Of a stretch of DNA of 64,000 nucleotides, positions 19,551 to 27,929 are shown in pieces. Each line of letters starts with the position of its first letter. The first letter of the stretch is position 1. A model generated the notes under the pieces. That model saw only the letters and a list, made by a program, of their open reading frames with translations, was not told where the DNA came from and did not search any database. The DNA lies in IMG/VR virus record IMGVR_UViG_3300037264_007739, positions 9,098-73,097 of that record; one strand, written 5' to 3'. Made by a program: the position numbers and the translations under genes. Source of the DNA: a virus.

Positions 19551-19828
19551 CGACACCTCTTGATGTCCTCGAGCTCCTGCGCGTTCAAAAGGAGCGGCGG
19601 GTCCATTCGGATCTTGTGGTTCAAGATCTGCTGCTTCATGGCTTCGAGCTGTTCGAGCTTGCGATCGTCGCGCGTGCATTCGACGAGCGTGCGCGCCGCC
19701 TTTTTGTCTTCCGCGCTCATCTTGGCGAGCGGCTCTTCGATGCCGAGCTCTTCGCCGGCCCACGCCAGCGCAGCGGTGTCGCCGAGCTCGAAGAGCCGAG
19801 AACGAAGGTCGATGTTCATGTCGCTCAC
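19547..19828 (-). CDS. Hypothetical protein
   Basis: GTGA overlap start; coupled to neighbours. Confidence 0.5.
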   Translation of the reverse strand: MSDMNIDLRSRLFELGDTAALAWAGEELGIEEPLAKMSAEDKKAARTLVECTRDDRKLEQLEAMKQQILNHKIRMDPPLLLNAQELEDIKRCR

Positions 19829-20235
19829 TTGAACGGATTCCAGCTCTTGTCCTTCTCGAGGATCTGGTTGATGAGCCATACGCATGCCTCCTTCATCTCG
19901 TCGACCTCGAGCAGGTCGCTCTTGCTGCGCACGATCACTTCGCCGGCGTTCGAGCAGAGCTCGCAGACGCGGCCCTTCTGGTGAACCTTCAGTTTTGGAC
20001 ACGGTGCGTAGTCGACGGGGACGCCGACGCGGTGCTGCCTGTACGCCTCGATTACCTGCATCAGGATGTCGACACCGTCGGGCCACGGCAGCGCGTCGAC
20101 GAGGTCTTCGGACTTCAGCATGACCCATTGGCGCTTGCTCTCGATGAGCCAGCGTTTCAGGTGGCCTGGATCCTTGATCGCGGTCGCCAGGTGGTAGGGC
20201 GTAGGTTGCGCGAGTGGTGCGTTCACCTCTGTCAC
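19825..20235 (-). CDS. Hypothetical protein with Cys motif
   Basis: 136 aa, 'CPK...CELC'. Confidence 0.55.
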   Translation of the reverse strand: MTEVNAPLAQPTPYHLATAIKDPGHLKRWLIESKRQWVMLKSEDLVDALPWPDGVDILMQVIEAYRQHRVGVPVDYAPCPKLKVHQKGRVCELCSNAGEVIVRSKSDLLEVDEMKEACVWLINQILEKDKSWNPFK

Positions 20236-20236
20236 G

Positions 20237-20563
20237 TCAGCCTCCGATCGACGCGACTGTCGAGCCGACGAGCGTCTTTTGCACGCGTGTCACGAACGCG
20301 TTGTACGCTGCGATCTCGATCAGGCCCACGCGCATAAGCGTGGAGACGACGCCGAGCGCATTGCCGTGGTGGATGAGATACTTCGTCTCGCGGCGGCGCA
20401 GCTCGCGGACGGTGTTCTTCGCCATCGCGTCGAGTGGTGCGTCGCAGGCACGACGCGCGTTTTCGCACGCAGCGACCATCTCTTCAGCCCACCGGAGCGC
20501 CTGCTCGGGCGTCTCGATGGGCGGTGGAATCTTGAGAAGTTTTTCGGGCGTCATCCAAGGCAA
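20237..20563 (-). CDS. Hypothetical protein
   Basis: 108-aa ORF packed with neighbours. Confidence 0.5.
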   Translation of the reverse strand: MPWMTPEKLLKIPPPIETPEQALRWAEEMVAACENARRACDAPLDAMAKNTVRELRRRETKYLIHHGNALGVVSTLMRVGLIEIAAYNAFVTRVQKTLVGSTVASIGG

Positions 20564-20625
20564 GTCTTGCCTGACGGCGTCACACGACGCAACCCGATCG
20601 ATGTTGTTAGGCCGTAGCAGTGAGA

Positions 20626-21027
20626 TCAGGAACCGTAGGTCTCGACCATGTCGGCGTACGCGCCGAGGTCGACGGGCGTGGTGCCGACGGCTGACGAGAC
20701 GAGCTCGATGGTGTCGCCTGACCCGACGGACACCGGCGGATTCACACCGCCCGACTTCACCACGCCGTTCGCGTCCGTGCCGAACACGAATGAGACCGAC
20801 GCCTGCGAAACGCCGTTCTTATGTACCTGCACGGTGGTCGTGCCGGCCGCTTGCGATCCGAGCTTGGCGGTCAGGCCACGCAGGAGCCCAGGGCGACGGA
20901 TGAGGCGCCCAGCGAGCGTCGCGGCTGCGGCTGGGACCGCGGCGAAGCCATTGAGCTCGATCGGAACTTCGGCGCTGCCCTCACGAGCGGCGCGGTCGGA
21001 CGGGGATGGATTGGTCGTGGCTGCCAT
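20626..21027 (-). CDS. Beta-rich virion-decoration-like protein
   Basis: Strong GAGGAGG RBS; 'TTTVQVHKNG...VSVGSGDTIELV' small beta-sandwich pattern. Confidence 0.5.
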   Translation of the reverse strand: MAATTNPSPSDRAAREGSAEVPIELNGFAAVPAAAATLAGRLIRRPGLLRGLTAKLGSQAAGTTTVQVHKNGVSQASVSFVFGTDANGVVKSGGVNPPVSVGSGDTIELVSSAVGTTPVDLGAYADMVETYGS

Positions 21028-21064
21028 TGCGATTCCTCCTCGCGGGTGAAGACGCTCTTTCCTA

Positions 21065-21256
21065 CTAGAAGTCTTCCTCGGCGTCGAGCCCTGATGTGAC
21101 AGGGACGTGCGCGAGCGGAGGTGGCCGGCGTTCGTCGCGGATCCAGAAGCGCCAGAAGACGCGGCGGTAGTTCGTGATGTAGTCGTAGTTGAACGGCGAC
21201 CAATGGAGTGGACCGAGCTTGAAGGTGAAGACGGAACGAGGCGGACGACGAGACAT
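21065..21256 (-). CDS. Small hypothetical protein
   Basis: ATG just downstream of a TTGACA-17-TATCAG promoter. Confidence 0.45.
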   Translation of the reverse strand: MSRRPPRSVFTFKLGPLHWSPFNYDYITNYRRVFWRFWIRDERRPPPLAHVPVTSGLDAEEDF

Positions 21257-21265
21257 GGGGGCCGC

Positions 21266-21294
21266 CTGATAGAGCACGTCTCGATCGCTGTCAA
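21266..21294 (-). promoter_or_regulatory. Sigma70-type promoter
   Basis: TTGACA-17-TATCAG on the minus strand; TGACATA site abuts the -35. Confidence 0.55.
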
Positions 21295-21317
21295 TGTGAC
21301 ATATCAAGACCGTCGCC

Positions 21318-21348
21318 TGGCGGCCTGGAGGGGGTCTCCAGGCCGCCA
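21318..21348. terminator. 13-bp perfect hairpin (terminator or sRNA 3' stem)
   Basis: TGGCGGCCTGGAG-GGGGT-CTCCAGGCCGCCA. Confidence 0.55.
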
Positions 21349-21455
21349 AGCGGCAGAAGGAATGACCGTGGCGATCGGGGAGGTGTCTCCGTGCCGTGTG
21401 GCCGTCTCCATGGTGCCATTTGCGGCCTCGGAGTCAAGTGGCACGCACGCCTGCG

Positions 21456-21662
21456 CTATTCTTCGCCGTCGACGGTGAACGCATCACTGAGCGCTTCAAC
21501 ATCTGGCTCGATATTGGCGACGTCTGCGTCGGGGATAAAGATGTGGACTTTGATTGTATCGCCGAGCTTCGCGATAAGCTCGGCGAAGTCATCGTCAGTG
21601 AGCAGCTCGCCAGATTCTTCTTCGATCCACATCGAGCCTGAGCGCCTGAACGTCGTCAGCAT
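21456..21662 (-). CDS. Small acidic hypothetical protein
   Basis: AGGAGG RBS then MLTTFRR. Confidence 0.55.
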   Translation of the reverse strand: MLTTFRRSGSMWIEEESGELLTDDDFAELIAKLGDTIKVHIFIPDADVANIEPDVEALSDAFTVDGEE

Positions 21663-21670
21663 GTTCCCTC

Positions 21671-22438
21671 CTACGCCGTGGCCGCCGCTCGTGTCGAGGA
21701 CTCGGCGCGCTGAGCGGCGACGAGGTGAAAGACCGCTGGCAGGTGCCATCGACCCGGCACGCCGACGCCCTGCGGGGCGCCCTTCCGGTTCTTCGGGCGT
21801 GCAGGCACGCCCTCGGCGTTCAGCCGATCAACGATCGCGCGGAAGCTGAGCCCGCTGCCACGCAGCTCGATGATGTAGCGGATGACCACCTGCTCGCGCT
21901 CGAGCTCGATCAAGCGTACGCCGTCGGCCGCGAGCACGAAGCCGTAGGGGACTTGTCCTGGGTTCTCGCCTCGGCGTCGCTTGGCGCGGAGCGCGGCACT
22001 GGTGCGCGCCTTGATGAGCGCCCGCTCGTAGGCGGCGAACTGGTTCATGATGCCCTTGATGAGCTCGCCTTCGGCGCCCTCGGCCTGGCCCACACCGTCG
22101 GCCGAAACGAGCTTCGCCCCGAGGCGCCGGATCTCGGCGTCGAGGAGCCCGGCGAGGGTCGCGTCGCGCGCGAGGCGGTCGAGCTTTGCCACGACGAGCG
22201 CTGACGCCTTCGTTCGGCGGACGGCCTCGAGCGCCGCCCCGAGGCCGGGACGCTTGTCGAGCGGCGCGGCGCCGGAGACGCCCTGATCGGCGTGGACCTC
22301 GGCAACGGTCTTTCCAGACCGCGCCGCCCATTCCTCGATTGCGGCGCGCTGGGCTTCAGGGCCGAGATGTTGCTCTTCGGTCGAGACACGGAGGTAAGCG
22401 ATGACGGTGGCGTTCGTGCGGAGCTTGGTTCGACGCAT
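21671..22438 (-). CDS. Serine recombinase (resolvase catalytic domain plus C-terminal DNA-binding domain)
   Basis: 'YLRVSTEEQ', 'DQGVSG...RPGL', 'VAKLDRLARD', 'ER..IK.RT', 'PYGF'. Confidence 0.92.
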   Translation of the reverse strand: MRRTKLRTNATVIAYLRVSTEEQHLGPEAQRAAIEEWAARSGKTVAEVHADQGVSGAAPLDKRPGLGAALEAVRRTKASALVVAKLDRLARDATLAGLLDAEIRRLGAKLVSADGVGQAEGAEGELIKGIMNQFAAYERALIKARTSAALRAKRRRGENPGQVPYGFVLAADGVRLIELEREQVVIRYIIELRGSGLSFRAIVDRLNAEGVPARPKNRKGAPQGVGVPGRWHLPAVFHLVAAQRAESSTRAAATA

Positions 22439-22440
22439 GC

Positions 22441-22473
22441 TTATGTCATAACAACTTATGACATAAACGTCAA
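22441..22473 (-). promoter_or_regulatory. Leaderless recombinase promoter overlapped by a double-palindrome operator
   Basis: TTGACG-17-TATGAC (minus strand); TTATGTCATAA-CAAC-TTATGACATAA at 22441-22466. Confidence 0.75.
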
Positions 22474-22491
22474 GCGGTGGCCGAACGCCGG

Positions 22492-22692
22492 CTAAGATGA
22501 CATAAATAGATGCTCTTCGTGCCTGATAAATGGTGTGATAACGGTCGGCGCCGTCGAGGCGAGGTACTCCTGCATGCGCGTGAACGCGATCGTCGCCTCG
22601 ATGTCCTCGACGATGAACTCGCTCTCGACGACCTCGGTGGTGCCGTCGGGTCGGAGGTGCTCGACCCAGCCTGTGATGACCCGCCGCTTCAT
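22492..22692 (-). CDS. Small hypothetical protein
   Basis: ATGA overlap with the upstream gene. Confidence 0.5.
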   Translation of the reverse strand: MKRRVITGWVEHLRPDGTTEVVESEFIVEDIEATIAFTRMQEYLASTAPTVITPFIRHEEHLFMSS

Positions 22693-23354
22693 CGATATGC
22701 AGAGCTCAAGAGCTTCTTGTCCTCTTCGGTGATCGTGTCCAGGCCCCAGCCCATCGCGCGCCCGCCGAAATACATGATCGAGTCCTCGAAGTCATCATGA
22801 TCGAGCCCGAGCGCATGACCGAGCTCGTGCGTCGTGATCTTCTCCCACTTCGACTTGTCAGCGAGGCCGGGGAGCCCGATCTCGACGCAGCGGATGCGGC
22901 ACGCCGAGTCGTAGTAGAGATGCGCGTGGCCCGGCGCTTCGACGACGCCGAGCTTCTCATCTGCCGCGCTCGCCGCGCCGTCGCTGTTGAGCCGCGTGAT
23001 CAGGATGACCGGATCGCCGGGCTTCCCAGGCTCGCTGCACTTCGAGCGGTCATGTGCGTCACCGCTTCTCGGCTCACCGAGAAGTGCCTTGCCGGCGGCG
23101 TCGTTCCATTTCTTTGCGGCGGTCGCTGTGACACTGAGCCATTCAGCAGCGAGAGCGTCGAGCACGACGGGCACGGGGAGATCGCTGTAGCCCCACTTGG
23201 TGAAGCCCTTCGACGATTGGCCCTTTACACACTCGCGGATCATGAAGCCGCGATCCTCGCGCTTCACCAAGATGATCGTCACGAGAACCACCATCGCGAC
23301 CGCGCCGGCGCCGAGTAGCGCGAGTGGTTTCCGGTTGCGTCTAAGCCACTGCAT
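22689..23354 (-). CDS. Membrane-anchored matrixin/metzincin metalloprotease
   Basis: 'HELGHALGLDH' Zn motif and 'SIM' Met-turn; N-terminal TM. Confidence 0.85.
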   Translation of the reverse strand: MQWLRRNRKPLALLGAGAVAMVVLVTIILVKREDRGFMIRECVKGQSSKGFTKWGYSDLPVPVVLDALAAEWLSVTATAAKKWNDAAGKALLGEPRSGDAHDRSKCSEPGKPGDPVILITRLNSDGAASAADEKLGVVEAPGHAHLYYDSACRIRCVEIGLPGLADKSKWEKITTHELGHALGLDHDDFEDSIMYFGGRAMGWGLDTITEEDKKLLSSAYR

Positions 23355-23496
23355 TTTTCTTCTCCCTGTACTTCCGCGTTTCCATCCGTTGGCAGTTTTT
23401 GCACGCGCGTCCACCGTCTGGACGGCGGTACAAATTGCTTCCGCTCAATGAATGTGCATGAAAGCGTTTGGCTGGATCTTCTCTCGGGCGCGCCAT
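23341..23496 (-). CDS. HNH-endonuclease remnant lacking the nuclease core (51 aa)
   Basis: GAGGAG RBS; MARPREDPAKRFHAHSLSGSNLYRRPDGGRACKNCQR resembles the C-terminus of the HNH at 60213-60704. Confidence 0.55.
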   Translation of the reverse strand: MARPREDPAKRFHAHSLSGSNLYRRPDGGRACKNCQRMETRKYREKKNAVA

Positions 23497-23507
23497 GTCG
23501 TCTCCTC

Positions 23508-23837
23508 TCAAAACTCCCACTGAGCTTCGAGCGCCCGCACCAGGAGCGCAAGAGGTGATGGCTCTGCGAGGTGCCCGAATCTGAAGCGCGCTGCTTCCTC
23601 GTCGAATTGCTCAACGACGAAACGCGCCCTCTCGGGCATGCCTTCATCTCGAAGCCGAAGTGTCTTCGCGTGCACTTCGCAAACCGCGAAGCCGTGCGCG
23701 TTCATCACAACTGCGCCGTGCCTGCATCGATGCACGTAGTTGTACGAGACGACGACTTCACATCGACCGTCGAAGTACGATGCTTCAGGGTTCAATGTTC
23801 TCCAACGCTCTTCTGGCGTTCGTCCCTTGATTCCCAT
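23508..23837 (-). CDS. Hypothetical protein
   Basis: ORF with Cys/His pattern. Confidence 0.45.
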   Translation of the reverse strand: MGIKGRTPEERWRTLNPEASYFDGRCEVVVSYNYVHRCRHGAVVMNAHGFAVCEVHAKTLRLRDEGMPERARFVVEQFDEEAARFRFGHLAEPSPLALLVRALEAQWEF

Positions 23838-23841
23838 ATCG

Positions 23842-24480
23842 CTAGGTCGCTTCGAGTCGTTTGACGATCCGATCGGCAAGAACGGCCGGGTCTTGAAAAT
23901 CGACGTTCCACGGAACGCGCATGACCGAAATTCCCTTCGACCAGGCGTGGTTGCCGTGCTCGATCTCCTCGAGAAGATCGTAATAGCCGGCGCGGAGGTC
24001 CCGCAGGTACTCGATCGGCACGCCGACCTCGGCGCCGCGGGCGCGTCTCTTCATGCGCTCGTACGCGGTCTCGGGCTCGACGTCGAGGAAGACAAGCAAG
24101 CTCGGCGGCCGAAGATCGGACATCATCAGATCGAAGTGCTCTTCGTAGACCTTCCAGGAGCGCTCGTCGATGTTGCCGGTTCGGGTGTGCAGCCGCGCGA
24201 AGACGCGGTCTCCAGGCAGGCCACGATCGAGGATAGCACTCCGACCGTTCAGCGACTCGGCCACCGCGAGCTTCTGCATCCGGTATCGACGTGACATCAA
24301 GAAGAACTGCATCACGAAGGCCCAAGCCTTCGGGTCCTTGTAGAAGTCCGCGAGGAATGGATTGTCGTCGACCGGCTCGTGGTGCACGTGAGCTTTGAGG
24401 AGATCGCCGAGCTGGTCCGAGACGGTCGTTTTGCCGGAGCCGATCAAGCCCTCGACCCAAACAACATGGCCGGTCTTCAT
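23842..24480 (-). CDS. Deoxynucleoside kinase
   Basis: 'VEGLIGSGKTT', 'EPVDDNPFLADFY', 'DR', 'RAR..E' dNK motifs. Confidence 0.9.
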   Translation of the reverse strand: MKTGHVVWVEGLIGSGKTTVSDQLGDLLKAHVHHEPVDDNPFLADFYKDPKAWAFVMQFFLMSRRYRMQKLAVAESLNGRSAILDRGLPGDRVFARLHTRTGNIDERSWKVYEEHFDLMMSDLRPPSLLVFLDVEPETAYERMKRRARGAEVGVPIEYLRDLRAGYYDLLEEIEHGNHAWSKGISVMRVPWNVDFQDPAVLADRIVKRLEAT

Positions 24481-24824
24481 GAGAGCGGCTTTCCGTTCGG
24501 ATCGACGAGGACTGTTTCGTTCATCATGTGCGTGCCTTCGCAAGTCGGCGACCTGCACGTCGTGCACACGACGGCCTTGAAGCACTTCTCGAGCGCCTTG
24601 TAGAGCGCGAAGGCCATCGGCTCGGGCATCTTCTCGATCGCTTGATCCGTGCGAAGGACGAGCAGCGTGCCGGTCCACTCCGGGTTCTCGGAGCGCATCT
24701 TCGCATCGAGCGCGACCATCGCCTTTTGGCTATATTCGTCATCGGACCGGATGATGAGGATCTCGCGTCCCTTTAGTTCCGATAGGACGTACGTCTCGCT
24801 GTACTTCTTGCCTGGGTTGACCAT
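24477..24824 (-). CDS. Hypothetical protein
   Basis: AGGAG RBS; C-terminal CTTC..C. Confidence 0.5.
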   Translation of the reverse strand: MVNPGKKYSETYVLSELKGREILIIRSDDEYSQKAMVALDAKMRSENPEWTGTLLVLRTDQAIEKMPEPMAFALYKALEKCFKAVVCTTCRSPTCEGTHMMNETVLVDPNGKPLS

Positions 24825-24843
24825 TGTGCGTCTCCTTCTTGCT

Positions 24844-25155
24844 TCACCAGCGGTGAAGCTCGTTGTCGTCTTCCGCGAACCCGAGTATTCCTTTGTGCGA
24901 TTTCCGTTGTTTGTCGAGCTCATTGTCCGATGGCTCGTCACCTTGTTCGAGCGCGATCAACACCGAGATCGCCCTGTCCTCTTCCTCGTTCCTCGATGCT
25001 TGATAGAACGCGAGCGCCGTGAGTTTGAGCTTCTTCTCGGCCTCTTCGAGCGTCGGCCCCGTGCTCGTGAGGACAACGCTGCCATAGTGGAGCGCGGCGG
25101 CCTTGAGCATCTGCGCGATCTCGTCGAGCTTACGGTGTCTTGGTTTTGCTTCCAT
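24844..25155 (-). CDS. Hypothetical protein
   Basis: ORF in a coupled operon. Confidence 0.45.
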   Translation of the reverse strand: MEAKPRHRKLDEIAQMLKAAALHYGSVVLTSTGPTLEEAEKKLKLTALAFYQASRNEEEDRAISVLIALEQGDEPSDNELDKQRKSHKGILGFAEDDNELHRW

Positions 25156-25564
25156 GGTCGCCCCCGTTCCCGTTTGTTGGCTTGCCGAACTTCGAGAGCA
25201 GATATCGAAAGATGTAATCGAGCAGGCTTGATGCCTCGGGGATCGGCTTGTAACCGGTGAAGCCGAACGGCTCGAAGCGCGTGCCGATGAACTTGTCGGC
25301 GAAGACCTCGAGCGGAACGCCGTACTGGAGCGCGACCGAGAGCGTCGTCGCGAAGCCGTCCATCATGCCCGAGAGCGTCGAGCCCGCCTTCGACATCTTG
25401 ATGAAGACCTCGCCGAGCGTGCCGTCTTCGTAGAGCCCGCAGCGGATGTAGCCCTCGAAGCTGCCGACCGCGAACTTGTGGACGATCCCGGCGCGCTCCG
25501 GCGGGAGCCGTTTTCGAGCTGGCGCGTGGTGCTTGTGCGCGAAGAGCGGCTGATCAATGACCAT
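25130..25564 (-). CDS. Stand-alone TSCPD domain (class II ribonucleotide-reductase C-terminal-like)
   Basis: 'RKRLP.ER', 'GLYEDGTLGEVFI.MSK.GST..G', 'S.ALQYGVPL', 'RFEP.G', 'S..DYIFR'. Confidence 0.85.
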   Translation of the reverse strand: MVIDQPLFAHKHHAPARKRLPPERAGIVHKFAVGSFEGYIRCGLYEDGTLGEVFIKMSKAGSTLSGMMDGFATTLSVALQYGVPLEVFADKFIGTRFEPFGFTGYKPIPEASSLLDYIFRYLLSKFGKPTNGNGGDHGSKTKTP

Positions 25565-25611
25565 GAGGGTCTTCCTTCCTAATCCTGCTCGAGTCTCGAG
25601 TCATCCGCCGG

Positions 25612-26745
25612 TCAGCCTCGAAGATGAGCGAACTTTGCCGCCGTCCGTAGGCCCATGGCGGTGAGCGTGCCCTCAGCCTTCAGGATCTCGTATGCGTCGG
25701 CGAGCGACGCTTGACCGAGCTCCGGATACCGAGCGCAGAGCTCGACGAAGACCGCCCATACGACCTTCGCGTCGTTGAGCGCGTCGTGGGTGACCGATAG
25801 ACGATCGCCGAGTCCCCAGCGGCGGACGGCGTCCTCGAGCCCGTGGCGCTGCTTCTCGTTCACCGCGAAGCTCTCCTGCGCATATTTGCGCTCGAAGAGG
25901 AGGACATCGAGGAAGTCGACGTCGTCGACGGGCCCGAGCGTCTCGCCGAGCTGCCGTGTCAAGATCGGAACGTCGAACTTGCCGATGTTGTAGCCGACGA
26001 GGACGCGCTTGCCGATGAACTCGATGAGCTCGAGTGCGATCTCGCTGAAGCTCGACGCGAAGTGGAGCTTCTCGGCGGTGAGCCCGTGGATGGACGACGC
26101 CTTCTCAGGGATCGGGATGGACGGCTTCACGTTCACCGAGACGCGCCAGCGAGCGCGCCCTTTGTCGACCTGGCAGAGGCCGATCTGGACGATCTGATCC
26201 TTCTCGGTCGAGAGCCCCGTCGTCGCGCACTTGATGATGCAGAAGTCGTTCTCGGAGATCAGCCGCGGGACCGAGCCGGTCGTGATGGTCGCTTGGCTTT
26301 GCGTCGGCGCGTTTGCGGGCGCTCGGCCTCCGTGAACGGGGCCGGGCTTTGGTCCCGACCGCGACCCAGGAGCGGAGAACTTGCGCGGAGAAGACGGAGC
26401 GCTGTGTCCGCCGCCTCCAGGTGGAGTGAGACCAGCCGGTTGAGGAGAACCGAAAAGTCCAGGGGCGACAGCCTGACCCGAGAGGCCGGTGGGCGCGGCG
26501 AGGCCGCCGTTTGCTTGATCCCAGCTCCCCGTCGTGTTCGTGACGTTCCCTTCGTCGTAGAAGTTCCGTTCGCCATTCGGGCACTCCTCCTTGAGGAGGA
26601 TCATACAGCGTTTGATGCTGCCTTCGTGCTGGCCGAACGATTCAGTCTGATGCCCGCAGCGCCCGCACGTCACCTTGACGCACGGGACCTCACGCCCCTG
26701 CTCATTCTCGATCTCGCAGTAGTCGACTTCACACAGAACCTTCAT
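25612..26745 (-). CDS. Cys-rich N-terminal domain plus DnaQ/DEDDh exonuclease domain with degenerate ExoI motif
   Basis: 'KCATTGL' in place of DxETTGL, 'GYN..FD', 'HDALNDA'. Confidence 0.8.
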   Translation of the reverse strand: MKVLCEVDYCEIENEQGREVPCVKVTCGRCGHQTESFGQHEGSIKRCMILLKEECPNGERNFYDEGNVTNTTGSWDQANGGLAAPTGLSGQAVAPGLFGSPQPAGLTPPGGGGHSAPSSPRKFSAPGSRSGPKPGPVHGGRAPANAPTQSQATITTGSVPRLISENDFCIIKCATTGLSTEKDQIVQIGLCQVDKGRARWRVSVNVKPSIPIPEKASSIHGLTAEKLHFASSFSEIALELIEFIGKRVLVGYNIGKFDVPILTRQLGETLGPVDDVDFLDVLLFERKYAQESFAVNEKQRHGLEDAVRRWGLGDRLSVTHDALNDAKVVWAVFVELCARYPELGQASLADAYEILKAEGTLTAMGLRTAAKFAHLRG

Positions 26746-26966
26746 GACCCCTCCACGACGAAACGCGGCACGCCGTCTTCGTTGTTGCCCATGAACTCGA
26801 CGAGAGGCCGAATCCATACAACGCTGTCGGCGAGGTTCCGGTACACGACGTGCTCAATGAGCGTCGCCTCGAGCTTACCAATCGTCACGATCTCGTAGCG
26901 CGTGCCGCGCTTCTGATGCCGGACGACCGTCCCAGGCCGGATGACCTCGACGTCAAGCAATTTCAT
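26742..26966 (-). CDS. DUF1653-like protein
   Basis: 'VRHQKRG..YE......E......VVYR......WIRPL.EF.......RF'. Confidence 0.8.
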   Translation of the reverse strand: MKLLDVEVIRPGTVVRHQKRGTRYEIVTIGKLEATLIEHVVYRNLADSVVWIRPLVEFMGNNEDGVPRFVVEGS

Positions 26967-27157
26967 TTCCTCTTCTCCAACCGAACATCGAGGCCGGCGA
27001 GCTCGAGCTCTTCGTTCGCGATGTCGACGGCCGATTGCGGTACGCCGAAGACGCCGTTCTTCACGCGGCGGAGCTCGAACGCGAGCTTTGCAGCGGCTTC
27101 TTCGACGCGTGTCGCATCGTGCTCAGCTTCACGAGCAGCAGACTTCCCGTCGCTCAT
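26963..27157 (-). CDS. Hypothetical protein
   Basis: ATGA-coupled ORF. Confidence 0.5.
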   Translation of the reverse strand: MSDGKSAAREAEHDATRVEEAAAKLAFELRRVKNGVFGVPQSAVDIANEELELAGLDVRLEKRK

Positions 27158-27408
27158 CGCCGGTCCTCCTCTACGAGCACGGCGATCACCTCTGGCTCGC
27201 CCACGAGCTTGAACGTGTGATGCCGCTGCGCGACCTCGGCATCGGATGCCGGCGCCTTCCGCTCGATCAGATTGCGCAGCGCTCCGAGCGCAGAGTCCTT
27301 CCCCTGCTTCATGACCTGTTCGAGCCCGCAGTCGCTACCCCAGTGATCGCCGGTCGCGATCTCCAGCATGACGCGAACGCGAGCGGTCGCCTTCACCTGC
27401 TTGCTCAC
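27154..27408 (-). CDS. Hypothetical protein
   Basis: GTGA-coupled ORF with GAGG RBS. Confidence 0.5.
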   Translation of the reverse strand: MSKQVKATARVRVMLEIATGDHWGSDCGLEQVMKQGKDSALGALRNLIERKAPASDAEVAQRHHTFKLVGEPEVIAVLVEEDRR

Positions 27409-27929
27409 GGCTGCACCTCGCCGCCGGTGACGGAGTTTTTCTTGAAGTCGCGGAGCTTCACCTTCGCCCAGACCGGTTCGGTGATCTCCATGAGCGTCCA
27501 GCCGAAGTGCTTGGCGATCGATTCGAGATCGGTGAGCACGCACAGCAAGTCCTGTTGTGCCTTTTCGGCGTGCTGCTCGGCCGATCCGCGGATCCCTTGT
27601 TCGGTCTTGAGTTGATGGTGGGCGACCGCGCCCATCGCGATGAAGATGTCCCCGAGCCAGTCTATTGGCTTGTCTGCGGGTACGGCGGCCACTTTCGGGA
27701 AGATCGATTCGTAGTCCCAGCCGCGTTTCGTGCAGTAGTCGGCGCAGAACACGACGAAGTCGGCCAGGCTGTCACGGATGTCCTCGGTGTCCTCTCGGTC
27801 GATGGCCCTTCCTAGCTCGCCGAGCTCCTCGATCATGCCGAGGAGCGGTTGATGCGGCTGCCCTGGGCCAAAATTCCATTCAACCCACGGGCGTTGTTCT
27901 TCTTGGAGCTGTCCAGGTGTGAGCGTCAT
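27405..27929 (-). CDS. MazG-like NTP pyrophosphohydrolase
   Basis: 'EELGEL...IRDSLAD' all-alpha NTP-PPase motif plus a second degenerate copy. Confidence 0.7.
   Translation of the reverse strand: MTLTPGQLQEEQRPWVEWNFGPGQPHQPLLGMIEELGELGRAIDREDTEDIRDSLADFVVFCADYCTKRGWDYESIFPKVAAVPADKPIDWLGDIFIAMGAVAHHQLKTEQGIRGSAEQHAEKAQQDLLCVLTDLESIAKHFGWTLMEITEPVWAKVKLRDFKKNSVTGGEVQP

Noticed and set aside
21456-22438. IS607-family element
   Set aside because: The recombinase has an N-terminal catalytic domain (IS607 TnpA has an N-terminal HTH) and no TnpB follows
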